From positions 558,001 to 622,000 of the forward strand of contig RSEE01000026.1 of assembly GCA_003971905.1 (NCBI GenBank): a stretch of 64,000 bases of DNA. Reading direction: 5' to 3'. This DNA comes from Moniliella sp. 'wahieum'. Lineage: Eukaryota. The position numbers and the translations under genes are program-made. Below are positions 35,358 through 48,550 of this stretch, in pieces. The notes beneath the pieces are model-generated. The model made no database searches. It was not told where the DNA came from and worked only from the letters and a program-made list of their open reading frames with translations. The first letter of the stretch is position 1. Each line of letters opens with the position of its first letter.

Positions 35358-37251
35358 ATGTCGCTCGGCCAGTGCGTTGTCTGCCACACGCCGCCGCCAA
35401 GTACAAATGCCCGCTTTGTGGGGCATCAGGAGCGACGTGCAGCGTGTCCTGCAGTCGCTCTCATAAGGATGGCCACCACGGCTCCAGCGCCACCCAGGCC
35501 GCCGGGAGCACGGGCTCTGTTCTCATCTTTTCCTCAGGTCGCATCCGCCGCTTTGGCCGATGCCCATCCCTCGTCCGTGTCGTCCATATCGTCCACGTTG
35601 CCCAAGTTGGGCGAGCAGGAGCTGCTACAGGACTATGTGTTCCTGAGCCAAATGACCCGACACGTCACCTCGGTCGGGCGCGAGCTGGCGCAGGCACCCT
35701 GGGCGCGCGAAGGCGTGGAGAAGAGTGCCCTGGTCACGCATGCCGGCCCCGCTGCCGCGGCGGAACTGGCACTGCAACAGCGCGAACGGGAACAAAGGAT
35801 GGCTCAGCGAGGCGGCCATGGCGGCCGCGGTCGTGGTGGCCGAGGAGGCGGGTCCGGAACGAGTGCCGTCCCGTCGCGCGTGCAAGCCCGACGAGACTTT
35901 TATGCGAAACAGGCTCGGTACCTCCGTGTCCCCCTCTTGCTCCTACCGCTTGGCATGGAGCAGGCGATGAAGAACCGATCGGGATGGGTGAGAAAGTATG
36001 TGGCCGGTTTGGGTTTGAGTTCATGTGTGGGAGGCATGGTAGTGCTGACCCTGTTCTTTTTGTGTCTGATTTCTTTATTATCGCAGTACGATGCAGATGG
36101 AGTACACGATTCAAATTAGCCTGCCCGGACGCGGTTCCGACGCGCGCGACACAATTTTCGTCCATCATCAACCCCGGATACACTCCCTCTTGCTCTCCTT
36201 CTCGACAAGTTGGAGCGCCAGAGCAGGCCAGGCTCCACTGGCGCCACTCCTCACTCCTCTTCTCCCTCTGAAGCCCAAGCCGGCGGTGGTGGGAAACCAA
36301 GAAAACGCAAACGCAAAGCACCGGACGACACTGCACCAGCCCCGGACATCCCCGCCGCGTCGGAAGCCACGACTGCGCCACGTATCTGGACCGTGACTCG
36401 CACTGTCCTCCTGGACCTTCTCACCCGCCTCGCTCAAGCGTGCGATACGCATCGAACCCCCGCGCAGGCCCAGGCGCGCGCACACAAGCTCTTGCCCACC
36501 CTCCTTTGCCCTCCGGCTGCAACGTCCAATCCCACCTCAGCACCCTCCCCCGAGTCAGACACGGTCTGTGTCAGCCTTGCATCTGTGTCCAGGAGACTGG
36601 CCCTTCTTCTGCCCCTGGCCAAGGTGGCGCTGCGCAACGAGAGTACGACCAAGTACGTCGAGTGGTACCAGCGCCAGCTGGCTTCCGGTCAGGTGGAGCG
36701 CTACGATCCTACCAAACCGGCGGCTGACGACGCATGCAATGCATCCAACGCATCCAATGCCCATTCGTCCACGCCAGCACCCGTTTCGGCACCTCGTTCT
36801 CCTCGGCGCTGCTCAGCAGCTTAGCTGCCCAACTGGGCACCGCGCCTGTCCCGGCCGCCGGGGCGGGCCGCGCCGGCGTGTCGCCAGCCCCGCAGAAGGA
36901 GAAGGACCCCGAACCGTCTCGCCGCGCACGTTCCTCCGTCTTCCTGCGCGGCGCGGGGTGCAGCAGGCTCTGCAGGGCATCCCGCCCGGGTGGGGCATGG
37001 TCGAGTACCCGGCGCTGGAGCTGTGGCTGGCAGACGAACTGCCAGCACACGTCCATGAGTGGCTTCGCCCGCCAGGGCAGGCCGAGGCAGCCTCGTCGGA
37101 GAGCTCGATGGAGGAAGAAGAGAAGGAGGCGGCGGCGGAGGTGGAGGTGGAGGTGGAGGTGGCGCCGGAGCCAGAGCCTCCCACAGCCGCGCCCTCGCTC
37201 CCACTGGGACTGGGACTCGGGGCGTATGGGTCCGACTCGGAAGAGGAGTAA
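35358..37251 (+). CDS. BCD1: Box C/D snoRNP assembly factor Bcd1/ZNHIT6
   Basis: N-terminal zf-HIT 'CVVC....KYKCPLC....TCSVSCSRSHK', 'LLQDYVFL', 'LLLLPLGM....NRSGW', C-terminal 'VEYP.LELW' and 'LGAYGSDSEEE'. Intron about 35996-36086. Confidence 0.8.
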
Positions 37252-38106
37252 TTAAAGTAATTGAAAGGAATTCTTGCCACTGGTTGCGTAGTAGGCTGGG
37301 CCGCCGGATGCCGACGGCGTCGTGCCGGGGTCGGCCGGTCATCGTCATCGATCATCAATCATGGACCACGATGACGACCACGTCTTCAGCTGGTCATATG
37401 ACCAGCATGTCCCACACCGGCGCTTTCGTTCGTGTCCATGTCGTTGGGATGTCCTTACCAGCGTAGCCGCCCCCAGCGCACTCTGTGCTCAGGAGCAGCG
37501 CACCATTGCTCATTAGCTATCGAGTACGCAGGCCGAAGTGAGAAGTGCGAAGTGCGAAGTGCGAATGCTTTGCGTGTCCACGGCACTGACTGGGTTACTG
37601 ATTCCTCGATTCTCCGTCGCTTTGTGGATGTGACAGCATGTGACATGTGACGTGTGACAGGTGACAGGTCACATGACCGGCATGCCACCGTGCCAGCCAA
37701 CGGCTTGCTGGGTGGCATTGCCCCGCACTGCGCCATCACGTGTCACATGTCACGCATCATCGATCAATCATCAATGGAGATCACCGGTTTTGATCACCCG
37801 GCGCCGGTGACATCAGCGATGCCCCGCTCGGGGGAAGAAGTGAGTACGGAGCAGTGCCGATCATCCATGGCGGTGTCGATCGCTGAGGGGCAGACGCTGC
37901 GCAGCAGGGCTGCTGGGCCTCCGAAGAGAGGCGCCACGCTCAGCCGAGGCAGTGAAGCTTCAACTTCAACTTCAAGCTCCAAGTGCAGACCAGGAGGCTC
38001 AACCTCAGGCACAACACCTCCGCCGCCGTTGCGCCCCCGCGTCCTCTGCTCCGCCTGCTCCGTCCCCCTCCCCACCACCACCACCACCACCACCACCGCC
38101 GCTGCC

Positions 38107-39264
38107 ATGGCCTCCTCTGCTGCTTCTGCTGCGGCTGCCCCGCCCGCGCCCCCACCCGCCACGACGGCCCCCTGTGCCTACCGCACCGGCCGTGTCCTGG
38201 GCCAGGGCACGTACGCCGTCGTCAAGGAGGCCCAGCGCATCTCTGATGGCCAGCTCCTCGCCTGCAAGGTCATCTCCAAGAAGCTCATGGCCGGCCGCGA
38301 ACACATGATCCGCCAGGAGATCCAGGCGCTCAAGCGCGTCTCCCAGCACCATCGCCACATTGTCACCCTCGTCGACTACTTTGAGACGCTCAACAACCTC
38401 TACCTTGTCACCGACCTCTGCACGGGCGGCGAGTTGTTTGACCGCATCTGCGATCGCGGCAACTACTACGAAAAGGATGCTGCTCATTTGGTCCGTGTCG
38501 TGGCCGAGGCCGTCAAGTACCTGCACGACCAGGGCATTGTCCACCGCGACCTCAAGCCGGAAAATCTATGTTCCGTGACAAGTCCGAAGATGCCGACCTG
38601 CTCATTGCCGACTTTGGTCTCTCTCTCGCGTCGTCGACAGTACCAAGATCACCCTCCTCTCCACCACCTGCGGTACCCCGGGCTACATGGCACCGGAAAT
38701 CTTTAAAAAGACGGGCCACAGTTTTCCTGTGGACATGTGGGCGTTGGGGGTGATCACTTACTTTTGCTCTGTGGCTATACCCCCTTTGATCGCGACTCGT
38801 CTGTCGCCGAGATGGCGGCAATCGTGTCGGGGGACTATCGTACGAGCCAGAGGTCTACTGGGAAGGCGTTTCAGCCACCGCCCGTGACTTTATCGACCAC
38901 CTCTTGGTCGTTGACCCGGCCCAACGCATGACGGCCGACCAAGCGCTCGCCCACCCTTGGCTCGTCCACATCACTGCAGATGGTCCCGCGCCCAGCGCTG
39001 TGGAAGGTGCTATCGGTGCGCCCGAAAAGGACTTGCTGCCCGGTATGAAGACGGCGTTCAATGCCAAGCGCACCTTCCGCAAGGCCGTCAATGGCATCCG
39101 TCTCATGAACCGACTCAAATCGGTCACCCAGGAGCATCAGCGCCAACTCGCTGAGGCCGAGGCTCAAACCCACTCTGTCCCCCGCGACGACCTGGATGAC
39201 CTCCAACGAGCCATGCAAGCCAACGAGAGCGAGGAGACACCAGAATGTGTTGGTACAGCAATAG
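38107..39264 (+). CDS. CMK1: Ca2+/calmodulin-dependent protein kinase
   Basis: 'LGQGTYAVVKEA', 'ACKVISKKLMAGREHMIR.EI', 'DYFETLNNLYLVTDLCTGGELFDRIC', 'HRDLKPEN', 'IADFGLS', 'TTCGTPGYMAPE', and CaM-binding tail 'FNAKRTFRKAVNGIRLMNRL'. Stop inferred after frame repair. Confidence 0.92.
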
Positions 39265-40974
39265 TCTCATCGTTCGGATCGGCTTTGCCATGCGCAGACT
39301 CGCGCTCTTTCTCTTCCATTCTTCATTTCCTCATCTCTCCTCCACCCTGGATCACGGAGCGCTTGCTCTTTTCGCACTCCTTTTCCCTTCCTTGCCACAA
39401 CCCACCTCTTTGTCGTGGCAGTTTCCCTTTTTTCTCTTTCTCTTTCTCTCTTACCGCCTGCGGGTGTCCGGGTCCCCTTTGTCCTTCCTTGGTCCGTCCG
39501 GGGTTTCCTTTGCTCTACCTCCCAAAGGGGGCTACGCACAGGGCCCCAACTGTTACCCTTTTCCTGCGTTCGACGGTACAGCCAGCACCTTCTGTTTGTG
39601 TACTCGCCTGCTGGCTTGGCTTTTGTCTTGTCCCCTCTCGGTCTGAGCACTCATTTCCCCTTTCTTCTCCCATGCACTACCGCGTGTATTCCCCCCACCC
39701 CCCCCACCCCACCTAGCTCTCCGTGCGCACCTCAATCGCATTGACGTGGGTTGGTGTTTTGTCCTCCTCCTTCTGCGGCCAGAGGGGAGCGGAAACAAAA
39801 GACTGGACCTGCTTGCGCTTCTCCCGCCTCTTCTCACTCTAAGCTATGCACCATCTTGCAACGGACCCTCTACCCCTTGTCGGGTGGCAGAGGCAACTAC
39901 CAAACCGGCACGAACCACCAGACGGCCACGCCACGCATCCTGTATGTGTATCACAGGCAGGACGCCTCGATGCCTCGATGCCTCGATGATCGATGACGCT
40001 AGCAGCGACCTAGGGAGCATACGTTGCCTCCGATCTCATTTGCTCCATGTGCAAAACGGAATGCAGATGGGGGGTAGTTACGGTGCCTTTGTCGTTCATA
40101 GGCCAGGCGTGATCTGAGAGGCAGTGGGGGAACGTGGCCCAGATCGGGGCGGGGAAGGGTGCGGGGCGCGTGGGGGTGGTGGCGCACGGTGGTGGCGCTC
40201 CGTGGCGTGTGATGCATGATGTGACAGAGTTCTGGCCAGGAAGGCAGGGGCGGCCATTACGCGTTACATGTTACAAGGTACGAGAGGGCAATAGATAGAC
40301 CCAGATCCACAGAGGGCGTCGAGAGATGCTTACCGGTTACCACAACACAGATGGCGCCCGCGGCCATCTTGTCGCACGCTATCGACATATTTGTCCACAT
40401 TGCCTCGCTGACCGGTGCCGGTCGGCGGCTAGATGCTGGTCCGCACGAGGTGCCACTCGGGTCAAAGGCTGCTAGCAGCCTCCTCAGGCCTGAGCCTCAG
40501 GCCTCATCGACCTCATCATTGTCTGGCGGGCAAGAGATGACATCGCGCGGCTCCGTACCCAGAAAGCAACGGGCGAGCGAAGATGAGTGCCGGCTGACCG
40601 TGCTGGCCATCAACGGCCATGGCCCAAAGGACGCTTTATATGGCACACACCTCGGCAAAACGCTCGGCCGTCGCCGAAAGAGAATGCTGGCAGATATGTA
40701 CTAGCTACGGCAGGCATCCAAGATCTCTCTATCAGGTGGTGGGCCGCTCGGTGCTGCGATTGGCGTGGGGCAGCAGGAGCTGACATCCCCGCGTAGGTGG
40801 GCCTAAGAAATAGGTTTCGTAGGGTCAAGTCTATCGAGAAGAAGGAGGCGAAGGCAGCCAAAATGAAGGAAGAGCAGAACTCGTTGTAGGTCCATATCAT
40901 AGATCCCACAGCAAAAAAAACAGCTCAACGGGGCTGCCAAAAGCGCGTCATAGGGGTAGGGGGGTGGCTAGAGG

Positions 40975-42293
40975 TTACCGGTAGGCAAACGAGTGAGACT
41001 CGCTCGTCTCGCGACCACGGAGCTTGGGGGGTTCGGAACCCGGAATGTAAATGTCGGTCCACAGCTTGGACATGGGCGGTTCCGGCGACTGTTTCGCCTG
41101 CTCACCGCCTCGTCGACAATCTGTTTGGCGTGCTTGTCGATCGCCTTGATCTCTTCCTCCGACTTAATGCCCCACTCGAGCAGCTTGGACTTGAGGCCCT
41201 GGATGGGGTCGGCCGACGTTCGCATCCGCTGGATCCTCCCGGGTACGGTAGGTCGTGCCGGGGTCAGAGAGTGAGTGGCCACCGTACCGGTACGTGGTCA
41301 GCTCCATCACCAACGGGCCCTTACCCGAGGTGGTGTACTCGCGCGCCCACTGCGTCGCCTGGCGCACGGCCAACACGTCCATCGCGTTGACTTGCAGCCC
41401 AGGAATCACATCCCCACGCTCGTAGAATTTGGTGTTCATCGACGAGCGTTCGGCCGAGGTGCCCATGCCGTACTTGTTGTTCTCGCACACAAACACACAC
41501 GGCAACTTCCACAGCTGGGCCATGTTGAATGCCTCAAACACCTGGCCCTGGTTCGACGCGCCGTCGCCATAAAGCGCAAAGGTGGCGTGGAGGTGCCGAG
41601 GTACTTTGGGTAAATGCCAGGCCGGCCCCGACGGGCACTTGGGCGCCCACAATCCCGTTCCCACCAAAGAAGGTCTTGGTAAACATGTGCATTGAGCCTC
41701 CCTGCCCTGGCTGATGCCGCGTCGCGACCAACAGTTCGGCCATGACTGTAGATTGACCCGCCGCGCAGCACGGCAAACGGATGGCAGCGTACGAGGTGAT
41801 GAGCAAATCCTCTGGTGTCATGGCAAAGTGCATGCCGGTCGCCACGGCTTCTTGGCCAATGGCCAAGTGGCAAAACCCACGAATCACACTTTTGCTTGTA
41901 CAGCGCATCGGCCGCCATCTCCATCCGACGCATCTGGACCATCGTGTCGTACATGTTGACCAGCTCCTCCTTGGTCGTGGGAGCGTCAGACCAGGACCAC
42001 CGCCTGCGCAGCCAGCTTCCACTCATGGAAACTCTGCTGACAAGCTGCACCTCAAACCGTTCCTGGGCGCTCAGGGACGGGCTGGCCAGGTCGCCGAGTC
42101 GGCGGGTGGATGGCGCGCGATAACGACGGAGGCAGCCGGGCAGCCGGCGACTAGAGGTAGATGACCGAGGAGCAGGGAGAGGGTCAGCCGCGCTCCCCAC
42201 TGCACGCACTACACGACGGGCAAACGAAAGAAAGAGCAGAGGACTCACCGTCGTGCGCAGAACAGGACGGACGAAGGGACGGACAAAGGACAT
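40975..42293 (-). CDS. PDA1: Pyruvate dehydrogenase E1 alpha subunit, mitochondrial
   Basis: '[12 protein letters not shown]', '[13 protein letters not shown]', 'GGSMHMF...[13 protein letters not shown]', ThDP motif '[18 protein letters not shown]...ENN', '[17 protein letters not shown]'. Arg-rich presequence; intron after codon 15. Confidence 0.97.
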
Positions 42294-43558
42294 TGGCGCT
42301 CGGTTCGGTCCCAGCGGCGATGGAGAAAGCAGAAGCAAGGGAAAGAAGCACACGGCAGGCAGGCAGAGATGACAAGGTCCCCTTCCCACCAGGCCAGCGG
42401 CCACCGCCGGGCGGTCGACAGCCGCGTGCTTTGTGCTTTGTGCTTCTTGCTTTGAGCTTCTTGAGGTGTGCTTCGTTGCTTGTTGCTTCCTGCGTGCTGC
42501 TGGGCGTGGACGGATGCTTCGCCTTGGGCAGATTGTGCGATCGGCGCTGCCTCGCGTGGCACGGACCACACCGATGCAGGGGGCAGCGGGGGGGGGCGCC
42601 CCCGGCCGCAGCAGAAAACACCCGCCATCAAATTTGCGCCGCCCGGCACGACGCCACTGTTGGGCCCGTGCTCGTTTTTTTCTTGTCTTCCGGCGGCTAG
42701 GAACGCCACCCACTAGCTAGCTCCTCAGTTACTAGTTACTAGGTTACTGCGCTCAGCGCAGCGCGGCGGAAACAGCGTCTCAGTCCAGGCACGACTGGTG
42801 TGGTGCGGCGGACAGCGTCATTGGAAGCTTCACGCTGGTGTCTTTTTAACACCGCTGCTTCCTTGGCGTGGGTTGGGGAGGGAGGCAGAGGTGGCCGAGG
42901 GTGGCTCGTTTCCTGTTCTGCCGTTCATCTTGCCGCCCAACGCCCAGCCCCCCCCTCCCAGCCCACCAGACACGCGTCTGACGCGCTGATGTCGGCCCCC
43001 GCGCGCAAACGTTTGTTGCTTGCACCCCAAAAGCCCGTCTTTTGACTGAGCCTCTGCCTCAAGCCCCAGGGCCTCCAGATCTCAAGTGCCCAACCGTGCC
43101 CGTTCCGTCACATCGACAACCATAGCCACCCGGCTCCACCCGCGGCTGCCGGCGGTTGCCAGTTGCCCACCATGTTCCATCCCCTTGCCCCACCCCCTTT
43201 CCTTTCTATTGTACCTCCTCTCTCCCCAACCGATACTAGCCTTGTGCGACCCGGCCCCGTTCCGCCCCTGTCTCGCCTTTGTTCCGGCCACCTGGTTGCG
43301 CCCCCGAGTGTGCCTTCCCTGTCTTGCCTTGAATGCATCTGCACCACTGCACCCTCTGCCTTGCTGGCCTCGTACAAGCTTCGACCGTCTGACGCTTTTG
43401 GCCGCACCTGCCTCCCTCCGGCCTTGCTCGTCGTCCCTCCCTAAAGCAGTTGAGCCCAGCGCTTCCTACCACGGGGCGTTCCCCCTCGGCGCCAAACAGA
43501 CAGACACAGGCCATGCATGGTGGAACTTCGTATTCAGGAAAGACCTCCCGCTTCCTGA

Positions 43559-44349
43559 TCAGTACATCTCCAACGACATGCCCTGCAGCCCAGCAATAAC
43601 ACGACACAGACGGAAAACAGGTTAGCGCTCCCACTCTCCACGGCAGCCAAGGCGAGGCGAGGCGGGAAGAACATCAAACATCGAACATCGAACATCGAAC
43701 ATCAAACATCGATCGGGACTCACATCATGGATCTCATCTACCACCACGTGCCCCGCACACCAACGTCAACCCCAAAACACGCGCCTGGTCAGTCATCCCA
43801 TCGCATCGATCTGCCGTTCCCACCTTCCACCCCAAGCAAGAGGTGGCGGGGCAGCGGCCAGGAGGGGGGGGGGGTCACTCACAGTCGGCCAACGTGATGT
43901 GGTCTTTAAAGATTTGGTGCCACTTCTTGAGTTGAATCTAGATGCACACATACGCACACACACACAGACCATGCACACCAGGGCCATCGAGATCGAGGGG
44001 GGCAGGCGGTCAGCCAACGCTGGTTCCTTCCCGCTTCGCGCTACGTCGCGGTGCCAAGGAGAAAGGGGGGAAAGGGGCGCAGGTGAACAGGACGTACACG
44101 TTCAGGAATGGTGCCGGTCTGGGCGGCAATCAGCTTCTTCACGTCCCCAATCGTATCTTCGCTGTCGCATTTGACCACGACTGGACGCAGGGAAGGGGCG
44201 AGGGGCGGGAGGGGGAGGGCAGGACGGGTTAGGCACACAGACCAAGGCAGTGCGGCAGGGAGGAAAGCAAGCAAGCAAGCAAGAAAGGAATGAGAACACG
44301 TACCCTTGCGTCCCAGGCGGTCGTTGGCAATGATCTCCATAAACGTCAT
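43559..44349 (-). CDS. HUB1: Ubiquitin-like protein Hub1/UBL5 (5 exons)
   Basis: Splicing four GT..AG introns gives [73 protein letters not shown]. Confidence 0.93.
43670..43712. repeat. Heptamer repeat (AACATCR)x6 inside HUB1 intron 4
   Basis: Read directly. Confidence 0.85.
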
Positions 44350-46315
44350 GGTGCGGCAGGCAACGAGCGGCGCACAGGCAATGGGCAAGGGCGATGGTGG
44401 AGATGGGTGGAGGGGCAGGCTGGTGTCGCAGCCAAGCGGGCGGGGGCTTACGTCAGATGACGTGCGGGGGCTGCATGTCCTGCCCTGCCAGCCTGTCGGC
44501 ACACGGCGAGGGAGAGGGCGCTGGGCTGAGGTAAGCGCCAAGCGCCACCAGCTGGCCTGGCCCAAGCGCTGGGGGGGTGGCGCGCCCCCTCTCCAAAGTA
44601 TAACAGGGGTAGCCGAGAGCCTATCGTTTTACATCCTCCTCACGCCCCTCCCTCGCCCCTCCTCTCCCCCCAGCACCCGTTGGGCAGTGCCAAAGGGGTG
44701 CGATTAACGAATCCCTAGACCACGTCCATTTCATTGACAGAGCTTAAGGCTGGGACAGGGGGAACTACGCTACGTCTAAACCTAACCGTTCATCTTGCGG
44801 TTACTGGAGGCGCCACCAGGGTCAAGGAACCAGGGGGATCGCCAGGATATCAGGACCCTCCGGCTCACGCCATCCGGTCCCGTACCCTAGGAAGCGCGTG
44901 TGGACACGGAGGAACGTGGTTGACATCCGAGCGAGGAACCATTTCCACTGAGACTTAGTAGCCAACTCCTTCCAATGCGCAAACTTGCTCGCCGTCTTGG
45001 TGCCGTAGTATCCTCGCGTCTCTCAAAACCAGGGGGAAAAAACGGCTCTTGAGTGCGTCCCTGTCTTTTTTATATTCTTTTATTAGGCGCGAAAAAGCAG
45101 TTCACCACAGCTTGCAACGTTGATTTCCACCGTCAGAATCGTGTGAAATAAGATGGCGTCAATCATGTATTTGGGACACCCACATTCGCTTCAGTCCCAT
45201 AACCCATATGTAGCTGAATACACAGAGTCTACGGTACTAGAGTGCGACTTCTGGGAGCTTTGAGGAATCCTACGGGATTCGTTGCAAAGTGGAAGGTGGT
45301 GCAGCGAAAAAGAAAAACCAACCGTGCATATCCTCCGGTCCAGGTACGTCTTGTCTGGAGCAGGTATGTGCACAATGCTGCGGCAAAGTGAGTCGAACTC
45401 ACGTTCGTGAAAATGACGATGCAATGAAGATTCCCCCGTCCCCCACAGTGTACAGTAGCAACAGTGGGTGGGATGAAGCTGGGTGTATGTTCAACGTTCA
45501 AGGTACGTTCAAGCTTGAACGTTGAACGTTGAACGCAGGAACGAACGCCCTTAAGAAAGATCGCTCATATTAATGCTAAGGGTTGCCCACCCGTTTACAG
45601 TGGACCCTGGCTCACTTCCCAGCCTCTTTATAGTAGAGTGTGTCCAGACACACTCTTTGCCGCAACTCAAAAAAAGGATATCCAGCCTGCGCTACTGTAT
45701 AGATCCGACGTGACTAATAAATAGTACGAGGGCGAGGGTTGTGATACATTACTATGCTAATAACCGCCCACAACCATAACCGCCTGTGCAGCGGTCAAAA
45801 CGGAGTGTCCTATATGTGGGGCTGGCGGTATGTATAACAAGTTGGGACCTGTTTGGACAATAAAAGTCTAAGCGGTATAGCACAGCTGAGGAGCAGTGAG
45901 GAGAAGGCTAAGAGAATACAGCGTGTTTGATAAGTAGTGGCACAACTAAAGAGGAGCATGTGATCGATGACGATCTGTTAGGAGAAAGAGGCTGTGGGAA
46001 GGGTTCGTGGTGCGCTCAAGTAGTGCAGGGAACGAACGTGACGCGTGAGGCCTGAAGAGGTGAGATGTGTGAGTGTGTGGCGCAGAGCAGCGCCGTGCTG
46101 GTCGCACCCCAGCGCAATTGCGCTGCTGCGCTCGTCTGACGCAGCCATCGAAACGCCAACAGCTGGCGAGAGGAACGCAGATCCATGTGGGAGCGTATTA
46201 ACCGTGGTCTTCTTCGCCTCGCCGCTCACTCCCTCCCCAATCCCCAATCCCATCCTCGCCCTCCTTCCTCTCCTCGTCCTCCTCGCACTCCTGCACTACA
46301 CTTCCCCGCCTTGTC

Positions 46316-48126
46316 ATGCCTAAAAGGCAATCGGATCGACCTCGGCACTTTCTCGTCGTGCGTTGCCGTCTGTGAGAACGACGGGGTCGCGGTCATTCCG
46401 ACGACGACGGAAACCGCATCACCTATTCCCTTGTCGCATTTAACGGACAGGAGCAGCACGTTGGAAAGGAGTTCACTTTCCCGATCGCGATGGACCCGGG
46501 CACCACGATGGGGACGCACGTCAAGCTAATAATTGGCCAAAGTTGGCGCGACGTTGAGGGCAAATCGAACGTGGATGGTTTCCCCTTCCCATTGGTTGAT
46601 GTCGACGGCCATCCCACCATCCTAATAGAGTCAGAAGACCAAAGGACCAGCATTACACCCCTGAAGAATCTCGTCCATTCTACTATTAAAGATGCGCAAG
46701 ATGGTCGAAGCATCCATTGCGAACCCGTAAAAGACGCCGTGGTGACAGTACCTACCCATTTCAATTCCTTGCAACGTCGGGCTACCAATGCCGCTGCCAC
46801 CAATGCTGGTCTCCACGTCTTGCGCATCATGGACGAGCCCGTTGCCGCCGCAACGGCCTATTACGGTTTGAACGCAATCAAGACTGAGAGCCAGCCCACC
46901 GTACTCGTTTATGATTTTGGCAGCAACCACCTTACGCCGTGTCTCTGCTTACTATGCGCGACCAAACGTTCAAAGTATTGGGCACCAATCATGATCGCTA
47001 CATCGGTGGCCATGACTTTACCAGCCGTTTTGCCGATTATTGCGTTATGATTTGCGAAAGTGAATACCAGAATCAGGACACCCATTTCGATGACCAAGGC
47101 TCTACCCGCAACAGCTTTGCCAACCGTTCGGTTAATAAAAAGGCCACGGAGCGAAAGAACAGGAAGAAGGATCATACTTTCAGCGATTCCTTCCGTCGCA
47201 ATGTCTCCTATGAATGCGAGAGAGTGAAGTGCATCCTCTCCTCCACTGTCTATGCCACAATAGAACTCGACGGAGATGCCTCCGACGAAGGCATTGACTA
47301 TTCCTTCGGTATTACCCGAACTCTCTTTGAACAGGTGTGCGAGTACCTGTTCGATGGCATACTCGATCCTCTCGAAAAACTCCTGGAAGACAACCACATC
47401 GAAAAGGATCAGGTCGCGACGAAATCATCATGGTCGGCGGTTCAACACGGATTCCCCGTGTACGGCGTCTTGTCTCTGAGTTCTTTAACGGACGCGAACT
47501 CGCTACGGCAATCGACCCGGACGAGGTGGTTGCCTGTGGAGCTGCAATCCAGGCTGCCATCCTCTCCGGTGAGGTTACCCTGAAACCCAATCAGGAGGAG
47601 GGTTTAAACGACTCGGTAATAGCCGCCTTTTTATGCGGTGCCCTGCACCCCGGCACGATGAAGGCAATACCACTGAGGATGCAAACGTGCAGTGGGGGAT
47701 ATGGAAGTTCCGTGTCGTCCTCGAATCTGAGCAATCGACCCATCCTTGACGACGCGAAGCAGCGGGTGGGGCGGACATGGACATTCCGTGTCACCCTCAT
47801 TGGACCGGAGCAATCGACCCATCCCTGACGACGCGAAGCAGCGGGTGGGGCATGGACGTTCTGTGGCGACGCCTACGAGTGAGAGCCCTCAACCCATCCC
47901 TGATGATGCGACACAGCGGTTGGGGCGTAAAGATTCCGTGGTCTCGTTTACGAATCGGGGCAATGAATCCACCGCTGTCGAAGCAAAGCAGCAGTTGGGG
48001 CACGACCCTTCGGGGGGAGAACGCCCTCGAATCGGGGAAAAGGAACAGCAACCGGCATTGAGGGCGAAACGGAGACACCGTCCGACATCCTTGATGGTGG
48101 AACTGACAAGGAATGGAACGAATTAG
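46316..48126 (+). CDS. Divergent Hsp70-family protein: ATPase domain only, plus C-terminal repeats
   Basis: '[12 protein letters not shown]', '[38 protein letters not shown]', 'LVYDFG', 'IGGHDF', 'CERVKCILS', '[14 protein letters not shown]', '[19 protein letters not shown]'. No recognisable substrate-binding domain follows. Confidence 0.85.
47695..48010 (+). repeat. About 75-bp coding tandem repeat, about 4 diverged units ([15 protein letters not shown])
   Basis: CCCATCC(T/C)TGA(C/T)GA(C/T)GCG...CAGCGG.TGGGGC recurs near 47740, 47820 and 47895, with a degenerate copy near 47975. Confidence 0.85.
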
Positions 48127-48550
48127 TCGAACGGGTCGTCAATATGTACCACACAAACGGTCTTGTCGACGCTGTGGTATTGGCAAAAGTCTCAACCTTT
48201 CTCCGGCCAAATGCAATCGTCTAATCTCTGCGGCCATGGAGACGGTGGCCTGTGGCAGTGATCAGGGGCATCTAAAGGGGGCCCAGAAGCAACACGACTA
48301 ACCCGTTGATGGAAGGACCCACCTCCGGGGCGAGGGACAGACAGTGGTGTTGAATACCTACGGCAACTGGGCGCCTAGATGGAAAGTCATCATGCTTTCG
48401 CAGTGTTCTATTGGTTACGACGGGGGGGGCAGTGGTTGAGTAGGGTGATATGAGGCCATGCACGAGTCGGGGTATATATGTGGGGGGGAAGGGGGGCATC
48501 GAGTGCGACGGGGCTGCCGGTCAGCATACTCTGGACCCTGGTGCTCACGC

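Noticed and set aside
44700..46000. Possible transposon remnant in lower-GC DNA upstream of the Hsp70-like gene
   Set aside because: I found no terminal repeats, target-site duplication or transposase/RT motifs.
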